This document shows, in pieces, positions 63,121 through 64,000 of a stretch of DNA of 64,000 bases. The stretch's first letter is position 1. Each line of letters starts with the position of its first letter. The notes beneath the pieces are model-generated. The model was not told where the DNA came from, did no database searches, and worked only from the letters and a program-made list of their open reading frames with translations. The stretch is from Candidatus Bathyarchaeota archaeon (GTDB lineage Archaea > Thermoproteota > Bathyarchaeia > 40CM-2-53-6), in contig CAVSBL010000002.1 in assembly GCA_963726255.1 (NCBI GenBank), positions 32,001 through 96,000 of the forward strand, given 5' to 3'. A program made the position numbers and the translations under genes.

Positions 63121-63822
63121 AAACAGTGGTTTGCCTTAACCAAATCCGGCTATATGCTGGAAGGTCTGGCGAATGTCACACTACTCCAATCGAACCTCCA
63201 AGAAACATAAGCAACCTTGGACTACGGTTGAAGTGAAAAAGTGTTGACTGCAGATAATCAGCAGGAAAGGCTGGATCCGCGATGGGTCACGGGATTCGTC
63301 GACGGCGAAGGATGCTTCCATATCTCCATAAACAAGCAACCAAAGATGAGCATGGGATGGCAAGTATTACCAGAATTTCGAATAGTGCAACACAAACGTG
63401 ACGAAGCACTTCTCAAGGAACTTCAACGATTCTTCAAAGCTGGGAAAGTGGTTGTGAATCACGACCAGCGAAAAGAACTCAGAATACGAAAATTGAATGA
63501 ACTGACCAACGTGATTGCTCTCTTCGAAAAATATCCACTAAGGACCAAGAAAAGCGAAGATTTCGAAGTTTTCAGACAAGTCTTGCGCGCAATGAAGCAA
63601 CGCGAACATTTGACTCGTGAAGGACTCGACAGGATAGCTAACCTTTGCTGGAAGATGAATCGAAAAGTGAAGCCGCGGTATCTAGAATCCTCAGAGACTC
63701 TACGCCGGAAATCGCTGAAGTGCGATTAAGATATAGTCCGACCCCTGTAGCGATGCAGGGAGGTTTGCGATGTGCAAACCCGCCTACAATATTTCTGTTA
63801 GGTCACGGAAGTAACAGATGTG
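63121..63822 (+). mobile_element. group I intron (IB-like) at 23S position about 1931
   Basis: 5' exon ends in U with P1 TTAAGGT/GCCTTAA; P ATGCTGGAA, Q AATCAGCAGG (63256-63265), R TCAGAGACT (63691-63699), S AAGATATAGTCC (63728-63739); P3 CCGGC/GCCGG; terminal G at 63822; P10 TGGTT/AGCCA. Confidence 0.95.
63241..63729 (+). CDS. single-motif LAGLIDADG homing endonuclease
   Basis: WVTGFVDGEGCFHISI, FRIVQHKRD, KYPLRTKK...FEVF, HLTREGL. Confidence 0.93.
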   Translation: MLTADNQQERLDPRWVTGFVDGEGCFHISINKQPKMSMGWQVLPEFRIVQHKRDEALLKELQRFFKAGKVVVNHDQRKELRIRKLNELTNVIALFEKYPLRTKKSEDFEVFRQVLRAMKQREHLTREGLDRIANLCWKMNRKVKPRYLESSETLRRKSLKCD

Positions 63823-64000
63823 AGCCAAATGCCTTGTCGGGTAAGTTCCGACGTGCATGAATGGATCAACGACTTCTCCGCTGTCCCCGCCTAGGGCCCG
63901 GTGAACCCACAACCTGGACGAACAGTCCAAGGTCTTCCAGCGGGGCGAGAAGTCCCCGTGGAGTTTTACTGCAACCTGTCGCTGGGATGTGATTGCGGGT

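Larger units (their letters stand above)
61073..64000 (+). rRNA. rrl: 23S rRNA (5' start approximate; truncated by window end) containing a group I intron
   Basis: AGTAGCGGCGAGCGAA, GTACCGTGAGGGAAAG, GGAACTCGGCAAA, CCGTAACTTCGG, GACTGTTTACTAAAAACA, CTCTTAAGGT...AGCCAAATGCC; no tRNA seen in the ITS. Confidence 0.98.

Overview
Archaeal chromosomal window, most likely TACK/Bathyarchaeia (judged from the 16S/23S rRNA and gene content; no database search was run). The most striking signal is an unusually intron-rich stable-RNA complement. Two tRNA genes each appear to carry FOUR bulge-helix-bulge (BHB)-type introns: tRNA-Pro(CGG) at 6393-6567 (+) and initiator tRNA-Met(CAT) at 10667-10814 (-). The 16S rRNA has a 47-nt canonical BHB intron at about E. 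coli position 908. The 23S rRNA has a 702-nt group I intron at about position 1931 with a LAGLIDADG ORF that overlaps the ribozyme core. Other notable items: a winged-helix/ATP-cone/class III ribonucleotide reductase fusion that seems to lack the catalytic Cys and Gly residues (candidate nucleotide-sensing regulator); a half-size DOHH-like HEAT protein; a tnpB-only element fused onto the 5' end of a frameshifted tiaS; a ~28 kb type IV pilus locus interleaved with three KaiC-like ATPases, a HerA-like ATPase, two TackOD1-like Zn-ribbon proteins and three mosaic tandem adhesin/pilin paralogues; and toxin-antitoxin clusters punctuated by tRNA-like relics. Housekeeping content includes RNase P RNA, pyrB, speE, nnr, tsr3, hutU and hutI. 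All protein calls come from motif recognition by eye.
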